Assembly (NCBI RefSeq): GCF_041146345.1
Contig: NW_027191417.1
Location: 1,736,001-1,800,000, forward strand
Direction: 5' to 3'
DNA: 64,000 bases
Origin: Neodothiora populina
Lineage: Eukaryota
The translations under genes were made by a program, and so were the position numbers. Below are positions 1 to 12,102 of the stretch, in pieces. The first letter of the stretch is position 1. Each line of letters starts with the position of its first letter. Under the pieces are notes generated by a model that saw only the letters and a list, made by a program, of their open reading frames with translations, ran no database searches and was not told where the DNA came from.

Positions 1-63
1 GAGTGATGACGAGCTGGAAGGGAAAGTAAAAGAGGACAAAAAGAAAAAGGTAAAATAACGAAC

Positions 64-623
64 CCATATTGCGAGCTCATGCTCTCGACGCCCGCGCCAA
101 CGCCAATCTCAATCATGCCGCATTTGATCGCGTTTGCAATCTCAACGCAAGCCTGCAAACCACTGCTGCACTGTCTGTTCAAGGAGTGCACTGCAGCGGT
201 ATCTGGAAACCCAGCAGCCAAAGCGGCAGCTCTGAACTCAGTCGCGCCTCCACCTGGAGGGAGCACAGAACCGACCGCTATGTCTTCCACGAGAGAAGGG
301 TCCATCTTGCTACGCTCGATCAGAGCCTTGAATGCGCCTTGTAGTAAGTCCGCCGCCGCTGTGTCCTTGAATCCACCCTTGCCGCCCTTGGTGAGGGGAG
401 TCCTTAGACATGCGGTGACGACAATGTCGTCTGGGTGCTTCTCTAGGATGGCTTTCTTGTTTGGAGGCAGATCTACCTCGGAAGCACGAAGATGTGAAGA
501 AACTTGAGACAGTCGCTCTTGAGCTATCGTACGAGATCAGACTGAGCTTCGGTATATAGTTCGACACGGAACTGATCAGTGGTCGTTCTTACCCATGCTA
601 GGTTTGCCTGTCTGGTTGGCCAT
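64..623 (-). CDS. POT1: Peroxisomal 3-ketoacyl-CoA thiolase, 5' part (continues beyond window start)
   Basis: ATG 623, intron 592-524, then AQERLSQVSSHL (PTS2) ... VVTACLRTPLTKGGKGGFKD ... NRQCSSGLQA ... GAGVESMS (thiolase active-site Cys region); next donor GTTCGT at 63. Confidence 0.93.
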
Positions 624-830
624 ATTGACGTTTATACTTGAACTCGTTGAAATGGAAAAAGGTAAAAGTGGAGGAAGAATGTATGGATGAGAGAAAGCAG
701 ATGAGGATAGGAAAACAAAGATAATCAACTCTACTACTGTACTTTCTGTCCCTCCTTGCGCGCTTGTGACAGTCCGGGGATGATGATGTATCTCTCTTTC
801 TAGTGTGGAGGGAGTGTGGAGAGTCGATGA

Positions 831-844
831 CCGAGGCGCCTCGG
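831..844. promoter_or_regulatory. Palindromic double FarA/FarB (Ctf1-type) fatty-acid response element CCGAGG-CG-CCTCGG
   Basis: Perfect 14-bp palindrome with two CCTCGG cores about 210 bp upstream of the thiolase ATG. Confidence 0.65.
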
Positions 845-1350
845 CTTCATATGACCGCCAAGCCCTGTCTTCGGTAGACGCCTGAGGCCATCCTCGTTCA
901 CTCTATTTCCCTATAGCTCTCAATGAACCGTCTTCTCTGAACCGAGCAGCGTTTGAATTAACATGTGTCCGGGAGATAAATCGTAGCGTGGAGCGCCCCA
1001 GTCTCGTAATCCAGCGTTATTGTGTTGCGACCTCATTGATGGCGACAAAATTCGACAGGATGAGAAAATGCAGTGACCAAATCCCCATACAATCCAGGGG
1101 GGACAAGATTGCATTCATGGTGCTCGTCGTACTTGCAGTCACCTATTTACATGGAATAAACCGAGTCAATGTTATTGGTTGACTCGATATCTCATGTGTC
1201 TGCGATCAGCGAAGCGTCTTGTGAGGTGATCAGATGTGTGAAGCCGGCCGACCTGACGCCGACGCCAAGCTTGCTTCATTTCTCATGTGAATCTTCACCT
1301 CTCAAATTTATGCTTGCGCCAGGCACACAAGGCAGACATCGTTGACAAAA

Positions 1351-2104
1351 ATGGTACGGGTTTCGGAACCAATATAACATTAATACCAGGAAGACTTGGC
1401 TGAATCGTAAAGGTACACGCAGATGCCTCGAATTTTGACACCAACGTGAGCAAGAAGGATGCGTATGCTCAGGTTCTAGAGCAAGCGCGGGCGCTGTTTT
1501 TCGAACAGAGAAATTGGGTAAGTCAGCAGTGAACTCTACAGACGCAGAAACAGAAGCTGACTGAACCTAGGTCTGGTATGTCGTCGACTTAGGAATGCGT
1601 GCCTGAATCACATAACTGACTGGATTTCATAGCAATCTTGCAAATGCAGCTTCCCTTCTCTGGCACGCCCTGCACGCTCTACCTGCGCCATCGAATGCGG
1701 TGAACTGGGCTGGATTCTATGTGCTGGATAAATCCAACCCAAGTAACTTGATACTGGGTCCTTTCCAAGGTAAAGTCGCATGCCAGACCATCGCTTTCGG
1801 GCGAGGTGTATGTGGGGCTGCTGCAAAGGAAGCGAAAACGCAGCTGGTGCCGGACGTAGACGACTTCCCTGGACATATTGCATGCGACGGCGACTCACAA
1901 AGTGAAATTGTCGTTCCTGTCATACAGAACGGAAAGGTATGGTTCTCATGCCGGGATATCATGTTCCAAGGTAGCCTTGACTAAGATGTTTAGGTCGTTG
2001 CCATCATCGACATCGACTGCGCTGTGAAAAGTGGATTCGATCAGGATGATCAGACAGCGTTGGAGCAACTTGCACAATTGATTGCTGAGTCATGCGACTT
2101 TTAG
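1351..2104 (+). CDS. GAF-domain free methionine-R-sulfoxide reductase (fRMsr, YKL069W-like)
   Basis: Spliced: ATG | VHADASNF...QRNW | VC (5-nt exon) | NLANAASLLW...VNWAGFY...LGPFQGKVACQ.I.FGRGVCG...FPGHIACDGDSQSEIVVP | VVAIIDIDC...ESCDF*. Confidence 0.92.
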
Positions 2105-3193
2105 AGTGATGGCAATGTGTTTGCAGGCAAGTGCGTTGACGGCCTGTATCTGAGACCAGAACATGGAGTATCAGAACATGCTGATGGATCACGGGTAAAG
2201 AAAAGAATATTAGATAGATGATTGTCAGAAGTTCAGGTCTACTTGCTAGCTCAAGAACCTTTCACCTCGGTGTTTGCAGTCTCGGCATAAAGTCCTTGAA
2301 GACTCATGGCTTCTAGACCTTGAACGCATATCAGGCGAACCTGGAGTATGCTTTAGTCTCCAAGTATAAACGAGGTAGCTTCGCTCATGGCGAGATATAC
2401 TACAACTAGATCTACGAAGAACAAGCTTGCTTCAGGATACAAATCGTGAGCACAACGATTAGTAGATTCTGGCTTTCCTTGACCGCCTACAACACTGAAG
2501 TCCCGGACCCACTGTCTTGCAGGTTTTTAAGACGACCATGGGTCGTCCGGTCCTACTTTCGCGAAAGACCTCCGCAGGACAAATATATTCTCGATTCTCC
2601 GCGAACAAATCCCCACTTCCCCCACAAGGATCTCCCGAGATCTTACCCCACAAGGTCACCTGGCATGTACTACGTCACTATGGTACCTGGTAAGGATAAA
2701 TGCCATGCCGAGATCGACAGTAGATGTCCATGGCAGAATAAATTTGTACATGGTGATTGGGAGTCTCATCAATCAATCATTGGGAACGCGAGACAGCGGA
2801 AAGCACTTACCATGCGACCTGCAGAACTCTCAACTCTCACTAATCACTACTGAAGTTTCTGGTGTCTTGTATGTGACAGTCATTTCTATTCAATACCCAT
2901 CTCCAATTAGCCTTTACATGTGGGTCATTCAAGGTGTACCTTGACTTGCCTCGTGCGCGACTGTCGATCAGGTCTTCCTTTCCAGCCTCCTCTATCCTCA
3001 ATGACACACTCGGACCGATATACTGGATGATCCGGTCAGAACCCACTATGCATGTTACTGCCCCGCCTGTTCCTACCCCGCCATAATGTGGGTTTGTATA
3101 CACCAGTCACACCACAGATGCAGCATATAAGAAGCGAAGAGCGCCCTCTTCTGGCGGTCAAGTTCAAGACTTTGCACTTAAGATATTGTCGTC

Positions 3194-4736
3194 ATGTTTA
3201 CCAAGGTGCTTTGGAGCAGCATTGCGCTGCTAGCGAGTGAAGCCGCAGCTGCTAACTTTGTCACAAATGGACTCGCTCTGACGCCGCAGATGGGCTGGGT
3301 AAGTTGTTTCGTACACCTTCCAGACTTGAATATGGTGATCACTTTGAAACATGAATCACCAAGACTGACGATCAAGCCAGAACACATGGAACACGTTCGC
3401 CTGTGATGTCGACGAGGAATTGATCCTGAGTACAGCCCAAACCCTAGTTGATCTCGGTTTCCGCGACGCTGGCTATCACTACGTCGTTCTCGATGACTGC
3501 TGGTCAGATGGTCGCACGAGTAATGAAATGCTCAACCCGGATCAGACAAAGTTTCCAAACGGCATGAAGTATGTCGCTGACCATATCCACTCCCTCGGGA
3601 TGGGGTTTGGCATGTACTCGGATGCTGGCGCCTATACTTGCGGTATGTACTCTGGTAGTCTCGGACACGAGACCGTGGATGCTGCGACCTTTGCAAGCTG
3701 GGGCGTAGATTACTTGAAGTACGACAACTGCTATAACGAAGGTCAGAGCGGCACCCCTCAGATCACTCAGGCTCGCTACAAGACAATGAGTAATGCGCTC
3801 AATGCTACAGGGCGACCCATCCTCTATTCCATGTGCAATTGGGGTGAGGACAGCCCCTGGAATTGGGCACAGACAGTAGCAAACTCGTGGCGTATGTCTG
3901 GCGACATCACCGACTCCTTCAATCGTCCCGATCCTCGATGCCCTTGCACGGAGGCTTACGACTGCAACCTCCCTGGCTTCCATTGCAGTGTCATGAACAT
4001 TCTCAACAAGCAAGCCGCATTCCCTTCAAAGTCTCAACCCGGAGCCTGGTCCGATCTAGATATGCTTGAGATTGGCAACGGTGGCATGAACGACGAGGAA
4101 TACAAACTTCATATGACTATGTGGGCCGCAACCAAATCACCCATGATCATTGGTACAGACGTGAGAGCTCTGGACGCAAACGCATACAGTATATACACCA
4201 ATCCGGCCATACTAGCCATTAGCCAAGACCCCTCCGGCTCATCAATCGTTCGCAAGTGGCGCTACTTTCTTGACCCAGATGAGAACGGGGAGGGCGAAAT
4301 CAGCATGTGGAGCGGTAGTCTTTCCCAGGGCGACTACATCCTCGTCCTGCTGAACGGCGCAAACTCACCCATGAGCATGAACGCCACTCTTGCCGACATC
4401 TTTGTCGACAGCGGCGGCGCCGAGTCCGACGAGGTGAAGCAGAGCTGGGACGTGTATGACCTCTGGGCCAACCGAATGCCAAACAGTACTGCGAACATGA
4501 TTCTCGAAAGCAACAGCACCATGGCTGCAATGAATGTTACGAACCACTACTGGAACGCAACTGAGACTAGCTTTGCGGACGGTATTGCAGCCAATAAGTC
4601 GATCTTGTTCGGCAAGAATGTCGGGGTCGTTGATGCCATGGGTACAGTGACTGCAGAGGTACCCAGACACGGTGTCATGGCGTATAGACTGAGACCAAGA
4701 GGTTCGCCAACGAGCAGAAAGAGAGACGAACTATGA
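3194..4736 (+). CDS. Alpha-galactosidase, glycoside hydrolase family 27
   Basis: Signal peptide, GLALTPQMGW|NTWN, LDDCW, VDYLKYDNC, WRMSGDI, DLDMLEIGNG motifs; one intron ~3299-3380; ends KRDEL. Confidence 0.95.
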
Positions 4737-4817
4737 TCAGAGTGAAGTAGTAATGTAGATGACGCCACACATCTCAAACAACCAGGCCTTATGAAGCCGC
4801 TTTTTCCACCTACTGTC

Positions 4818-4936
4818 ACGTACGACCATAGGCAGCTGAGAACTGGGCATCCCGTCCGCTCTGCCAGACATAAGCAGTTGACCGGCAGATTAGTACTAGG
4901 GTAGGTGACTACCTGGGAATCCCTGCTGTCGTACGT
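4818..4936 (+). rRNA. 5S rRNA (dispersed copy)
   Basis: ACGTACGACCATAGG...CATCCCGTCCGCTC...TAAGC...TTAGTACT...GGTGAC...GGGAATCC..CTGTCGTACGT; ~119 nt; complementary termini; followed by a T-run Pol III terminator. Confidence 0.93.
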
Positions 4937-5289
4937 TTTGCGGTTGATGTTTTTGCAATCTTTTGCTCTTTTTAGCGCCCATTGGTACTGTACCTCGTGG
5001 TATCGATGATCCTCGATACAAGAGTCTGGAAGCATAAATGCAGCACCTTGCAAGCACCACGTTCTGTCATCTTCCTGTGACAGTTTGAAGACCGAGACTT
5101 TTCACAGATCTGACTTGAATATCGTGCGCGTTGTGTATGTGTGCCCAGCACATACTTTTTCACATAGTCAACAACATGGCCGACATGTATTGCTGAAGAT
5201 ATGGAAAAGAAGAAAAAAAGAAAAAAAGGCATGCTTTGCCAAAAGACATAATTCTACTGATGTATAGAGTTGCATGACAAAAGAAATAT

Positions 5290-5390
5290 TGCTTCGACTG
5301 AGAATCGAACTCAGATCTAAGGATTTCCTAGTCTTGGACCAAGTCATGCATAATATGAGACCTCCGTACTAACCGTTATACTATCGAAGC
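5290..5390 (-). tRNA. tRNA-Met (CAT, elongator type) with 29-nt intron (5325-5353)
   Basis: Acceptor GCTTCGA/TCGAAGC, D arm GTAT..GTAC, anticodon loop CT-CAT-A^A, T arm CTGAG-TTCGATT-CTCAG; 72 nt after splicing. Confidence 0.93.
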
Positions 5391-8300
5391 TGAGCCGAGT
5401 TTGAAATTCGGGATAGTGTCACGTGCTGATGATTTTAACGTCTCGGCGGCTATATAGCTCGCAGTCACTCCACAATGGGTAGCTACCACATCATGTTCAT
5501 CCTGGGTCCCATGAATTTTAATTGGGATGGTATAAATACCAATTACGCGAACCTACGAGGTATGGTTAGACGACTGTCGCACGGCACACGATGACTCGAT
5601 TGGGCAACAAGTCCCCCCCTTGCAAGCATGATCTTTGCCTATTTGGAGTTCAGGGATTTCTGTCCTGACCGAACTCGCCAACCGAGAGTAGAGGTCATGA
5701 CAAATTGAACGAATAGCGTGAGCATGAGCCTCAGTCGGGACCATGTCCATCACTTGGGCACCTTTCCCCTCATGATGAGGGTCCCCGTTTCATACTGATA
5801 CAGACACAAGGTCTTCCAAGAGTCGACCTGGACGATCAAAATTCGTCTTTTAATAGATGTGTATAGCAAGCCTATTGAACCATGGAGTGGCATGAAGCAA
5901 GGGGTTTCACGATTCGATGATGCTGAATATTCTACCCAGATAAGTCCGGAGGCATCAGCCAATCGACCTCGATGCGCACGCAAAGTGGGTATGTGGGCGA
6001 CTGTGGCTTGTACTGTAGAGGCCGAGGATGAGGAGAGCATATCTCGCCACGACACTGGCATCACTCCACCCAGACGATCGTCCCCAAAAACCGACCGGTA
6101 GGCCAATGGCCTGTTCACAGATCGACCATTTCGATAATAAGAGAAAATCATCCGCAGGAAACGAGCACGCACATACGGTTCTCCGGTATGGCTGGCCAAG
6201 TAAGACAGTGTCGATGCTCAACTCGACATACACGCAATGATTGTGGCCTCGGAAATTGCCTATGAAGAATTGTGTAATTTTGGCGAGTTCGCTATCGTGC
6301 TGCCTGATGTCTGGGTTGTAAGGAAGGGTTGTCCATACTTGTGTGTTCTATGGGTTTGTAGTGCGGAGTGTAAACAAGAGCTATATGTCGTACATCTCCT
6401 GATGATGGGTGGACTGTATTCTACGCCGGATCAACATGATTCATCGCTGAATCATTCTAGCTGATTGCAGTCAACGCACCATTCTACCGAGGCTATTCCC
6501 ACGCCACAGAACATCTGCCATTTCGCTAAGCAGTATCGAGCGACGCCGCTGTGCGTGCTTAAACCATGTTCAGGTGTCAATGTAAATCTTCCTGTGTCTC
6601 GATGGTGAAGCCTTCGTTATTTGTAGGGAGCTTTCACCATTTCGGACCCTCGGCGCCACTTGTGTGGTTAGCTCGAGCGTGGTCATGACTCTGTATGGCA
6701 GAGCTTGGTGCACGTGGTGGCTGCATGGAAGCCGGAAGGATCTACTAGTCTGATAAGCACCGAAGCGCGTTTTGAATGCGAAATACTCTATCTGAAAACT
6801 GGATCGAACGCAGAAGCCGGCGCAAGGGTGACTTTCTGTGGGCCTTAGCATGACGATGCTTCGGGCGAAACATGGGCGTCACCGGCAGTCGCCTGTTCGA
6901 ACCAGTCGGCCAGTACTTGACAAGGAACCTGTGAGGTCTAGGTACTGGGATTGCGAGACGTGGGCATTTCTATTGGATTCTCAGAAGCAGCAGCAACAAC
7001 GACAGTAACGGCAGAGCTGAGAGCGCTCAATCAGGAGTGCTCGGTAACTCTTCTGTCAATACCATGCCGACGCTGGCCATGTGAACCTAGGTACTGTATG
7101 CTACCAAGATCGCAACAAGCCGCCCCTTGAAGCTCCACTATCACTGGATGGCTCATCACTACAACAAATTCTGCGTGAAACCTCATATCACAGCCAGTGA
7201 AATATGCGCGGCCATTAACGTCACCTTGGCGGCTTGTCACAACCCAAAATACATTGTCAGTTGCGAAGGCCTGCATGTGGTGAGACACTTATTCATTGGA
7301 TCAAAAAGTTAAGCGAACGGACCTAGTATAATACAAGGTTGACTGCTCAATGCTGGGTTGAGCACAAGTCATGTCACCTGTAATTCGCGGGTGCGGATCT
7401 AAGGCTGAATTACAGTTGGCAGCACTTTGACCCGAAAGAAAACATCAAGACTACCGGTATACTCACGGTCATTGACGGATGATCCGATCACAGCGACATA
7501 AGTGGTGTCTCAATTTTGGAAAGCTGAATTGTACCACCTTCAAACTCCTAGCGGGACGTACCCACCGTGTGGGGGTGGTCCCCATTTGACCCGACAGCCT
7601 GTAAAGGACTTCCCTCCTTTTGAGAATGAACCCTGCTGTGAGGGACACAGGAGCAGATACCAGGTGGAAAGCTTTGGGATGTGAAGATCCATCAGCAATT
7701 TGGTGCCCATTAATGATGTATCGATTAATTGGATTGACCGCACTTACGCAGGCGGGGAACGACCCTATACAGCAGATGAAACGCTCTTTTCAAAAGCTTC
7801 CTCAGTTCGAGAAGACTTTCCGTATGAGCCTATTGACCGCTACCAAGATGCTGAGAGAAATGCAGGGACCTTGCCGGTGGGAGTAAACCTTCTGAGGGCG
7901 GACTCGCCGCATTTCAAAAGGCAATTCCTCGGCAGCGGCTGGTTGGTCAGCACTATCATAGGCGGTCGTACCTGTCGGGACTGCAGGTGAATGTTCTAAT
8001 GTCCATCACATCGCCATACATGACTCTAGTTCGTATGCACGTGCGTAGATCACTGCCACAACTAGTATAGACAGCACGCAATCTGGCAGGTCGACGCATG
8101 GCTTTCAGGTCATCTGCAAGTGACCGCAGTGGTGTCTGATGTCAGAGCTTGTGGAGCAAGTGACAGGAGGCTGCTGGTGTCATGGTCACGAGTATTCGAA
8201 GTCCTGCATCCTGAAACACATCAACAACAAAGGGTGAAGGACAAAGTCGCAGCGTAAAAGGCAAAAACAATCAGATGAATATTCACAAAGCGTCGGATGC

Positions 8301-8909
8301 GTGGTAGAGGCCATGCTGAAGTGGTTTGAGCTCTGCGCGGGTGTGATTAGCCACAACTTAAATTTCTCCCATTAAGCTCACCCATTAATCTAATTCACAC
8401 CACGATAACCGGGCAAAGAGAGCACGGCGCGGCAGGCCAATTTAGAGTGCGCCCGTTGCATTTCTTTAGCTCCTTGACCCTGGTACGGTGGGTATGAGAA
8501 GAACCCCACATGTAGCGCATCTTCGCTGGTAAAGCATTCCATCCACGTTCTTCTTGTATTCACGCATCGATCCATCTGTCTCTCGTCTACGTTCTTTGTT
8601 CGCTTTCACGCTCATAATCTGTCAGAACTGCTCTCTTTCTTACCATTGGCTTACTGCTATCAATTTTCCTCCCTCGCCGCCGTTCAATCCTTAGACTATA
8701 AACCAACTCCGCAAAACAAGCGTTGGTTATAACAAAAAAAAAAGGCTGCAGTAATCAGCTTCACAGCTAGAAGTGTCCGACATTCCTGAGCAATCAGCAC
8801 TCAAGTCGGTCAAAATTTCCCATAGATTGTAGTGTGAGAGAACTACAACACAAGCTACGGCTATCGACTTCAGACTTCGACCAGCGTCAAGGATACCAAC
8901 ACCGGCCAT

Positions 8910-10179
8910 ATGGGCATCATGTGCTTTGGTAGTTCAAAACAAGATGATCCGGATGCGCGGAAAAATGCCGAGATCGAAAAGCAATTGAAGGCGGATCAGA
9001 AGCGCCAGGCGCGAGAAGTGAAGATGCTACTTCTAGGTATGTATAGAATGCAGAACTAATATCATTTCCACAGAAGGCATAAGTGGACTGACTCGTGCAC
9101 CGTACAACAGGAGCTGGAGAGAGTGGTAAATCAACAGTGCTCAAGCAGATGCGATTGATCCACACCAAGGGCTTCCCGACGTCCGAACGTAAGCAGTGGA
9201 AAGTTACCATCTTCAGCAATCTCCTACATGCATTCCAGTGCATACAAGCAGCAATGGAGGAGCACGACGTTCGATATGCAATTCCGGAGAACATCAAATA
9301 CATGGAGCTTGTCTGCGCCGACCCTGAGATTGGACCCAACGATGCGATGCCATTGGACTGCATGCATGCCTTCACTCAACTATGGGCGGATCAGGGAGTG
9401 CAATCGGCAATTGCCAAGGGTCACGAATACGCCCTTCATGACAACCTCGAATAGTCAGTCAAGACCTTGTGCGATGACATGAGAATCGTCAGTCGTGCTG
9501 ACATGTTGTTCTAGCTATCTCAACGACTTAAACCGCCTCTTCGCCAAAGACTATCTACCCGACGACCAAGACATCCTTCGCGCACGTTTGCGGACGACTG
9601 GTATCAGTGAGACGATCTTCGAGACCGGGAACCTAATCTACAAGATGTTCGATGTTGGTGGACAGCGATCAGAGAGAAAGAAGTGGATCCATGTCTTCGA
9701 CAACGTGCAAGTTGTGCTGTTCCTGGTGGCAGTGAGCGGTTACGACCATGTGCTGATTGAAGACAAGAATGGAGTAAGGCATTTGCTACAACGGTACGCT
9801 CTCCGATGAGGCTGACACAAATGCTTTACAGAATCAAATGCATGAAGCTCTGATGCTTTTCGAGTCGATCGCGAACAGCAAATACTTTGAAAAGTCAGGT
9901 CTTGTGCTTTTCCTCAACAAGATCGATCTCTTCTCAGAAAAAGTCGGCTCTGGACGGTCGCCAATCAGCGAGCACTTTCCCGACTACACGGGAAGCGAGG
10001 ACGACGTGCAAGCAGGACAAAAGTTCTTCGCAGACAAGTTCCGCAACATGGTGCGCGACCACAACAAGGAGGTCTACGTGCACTACACCAACGCCACCGA
10101 CACGAATCTGCTCGAGAAGACGATGCGCAGCGTGCAAGACATGATTGTACAGCGAAACCTGCATTCGCTGATGCTGTGA
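8910..10179 (+). CDS. Heterotrimeric G-protein alpha subunit, fungal group II (GNA-2/GanA-like)
   Basis: MCFG N-terminus, [43 protein letters not shown]; three introns. Confidence 0.95.
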
Positions 10180-12070
10180 GTGCATTCTTATGCATATGCA
10201 TCCACCCTCGTCCTTTCCATGACCACACCCTTCTTGTAGAAACCTTGTTTTCTTGACCTTAGTCCCATTGCGCCACTATAACGCCTATATGTTTGTTTTC
10301 ACCGATGATCTGGAGCAATCACACATTGACTTGAACAGAACCTGAGCGTTGGGAAGCAAAAGCGGCTACCAACATCTGCAGAGTTTCTGCTCTTTCGTTT
10401 TCGTATGCATTTTTTGGCGCTCAGGTTTTTTTTAGGAATATCAGCCAGTGTTTTTTTCTTCTGCGCAATCCGTCAAGGATATTCCGGGTGTCGGAGAGGC
10501 GTTTTGATCACCAAGGATGGTCTCCTTTGGTTTTGCTTGCCTTGAAAGCATGCAGTCGAGTCGTTTTGCGGGGAGGGGTGGTTTGTTTTTGCATCATTTG
10601 TTACCTATATTAAAACAAAGGGCACCTTGAGGTACCATATTGGGAGTGGGGAAGGGGTTCAGTATAGGCAATGAGGAGAGGATGCAGGGACGCAATCTGG
10701 ACACCATGACCCTTACAAAACCTTGTACTAGTAATTTCGAAATCCATTTGGCATTCAGTCATCTTGCCTCTCTTCGCTGGCCGTCTGGTGGTAAAGAGCC
10801 ATACCGCACGAAAAGGAAATGGCATATACAACCGTTTACTCCTTGCTCGTAAGCAAGCTGATGACAGTGCCACGCGTGAAACCGCACTTGTGCATACTCC
10901 GAGCCATGTGAGAAACATGATCGGATAGAAAGGCGTTTTAGAATCGATCACTCGTGTGTATGAGACCACATCACAACGACCATGAAACATTCCGTCGCCG
11001 TAGACGCCGCAGCAAGGAAAACGTGAGGGAAGAAGACCCTAATTACCTAGGTCACCCCTTCGTTTTGGTTCTTCGTCATCGGAAGCGGGCTTAGGCAGAC
11101 TACGGAAATCTTAACGAACAATTGGTGTTCCACATGCTTCTCGATAGGCCAGGGAATACGATCAATTAAGGGACGAAAAGCTGACCAACGAGTCAATTGT
11201 TTTGTGTTCTGCATATAACGATGAAGATGTCAGTAGACTTCAGATAACGGCGTGAGAGCACGCAGCCTTCATCGCTTTAAGGGTTCGCCTCGAGACAAGC
11301 CCAGGGCCGGCATCTCGGAGTTTCGGTGTCTTTCTATCTGATCTGCGGCAAAGGTGGGAGGGGGATGGGAGGGATAGTGGGGAGTTTCGCAGCGCAGTGT
11401 AACGCTGTACACTCATAGTACAGCGACATCGCGGCATCATGTCCGCTATTGGCCTACACCGAGGAGGAGGAAGACCAGACGAGATCCGCGGGTAGGTACT
11501 CGTATAGTATAATCCCGCCATCAGTACTAGCAATAGGGATGCCTAGCAGCCGGGGGGCCGTAGCCGCTTATCGAAAGCCGTAGACCATTGTGCTTTGGTC
11601 GGTCAGGTTTGGGGTCTAGTCACATGGGAGGGTCCTCTCCGTTTCTCTTGCTTACATACCGTCAGTAATATAAAGATTGTACAGTAATACTCATAACGCA
11701 CGCCATACTGCACTACTAAAAGATCAACTCCGTCACTTTCTTGGTCTTGAGTGACTGTATTGTTTTCCTCTTCCATTCTTTTGCTCTTTCCATCCACTTC
11801 AATTGAGTTTCTTGTCTTCCCTAACGTTACTTGGTTGGTCATCTGTCTGTTTCTTGCCTCTGACATCAGATCAAAGTATCGTCACTCGGAGCCCCGGGAG
11901 TTGCGCGCGAGAGAACTGAAAGGGGGCCACATATTATACTGACTGTACACGCTTGTCTGCTATCGGAGTTGATTTCTTGTCCATACTATACCTGCACTGC
12001 GCCTGTTCTTCAACCTCTTCAAAAACAAAAGAAGCGCCGGGTTTCGTCGAATCTCTGTTCGAATAATCAA

Positions 12071-12098
12071 CCCCCCCCCCCCCCCCCCAAAAAAAAAA
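12071..12098 (+). repeat. C18-A10 homopolymer tract immediately 5' of the RIB1 ATG
   Basis: Direct reading. Confidence 0.9.
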
Positions 12099-12102
12099 GA
12101 CA

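Noticed and set aside
6750..6840. RNase MRP-like P4 pairing (GAAAGTCACC with GGTGCTTA) on the minus strand
   Set aside because: Only ~70 nt between strands, too short for MRP, and flanking conserved-region consensus is absent
5553..7990. Short ORFs between tRNA-Met and G-alpha (5750-6199 minus; 7502-7990 plus with internal stop)
   Set aside because: No recognisable domain or coherent exon chain; a decayed gene cannot be supported
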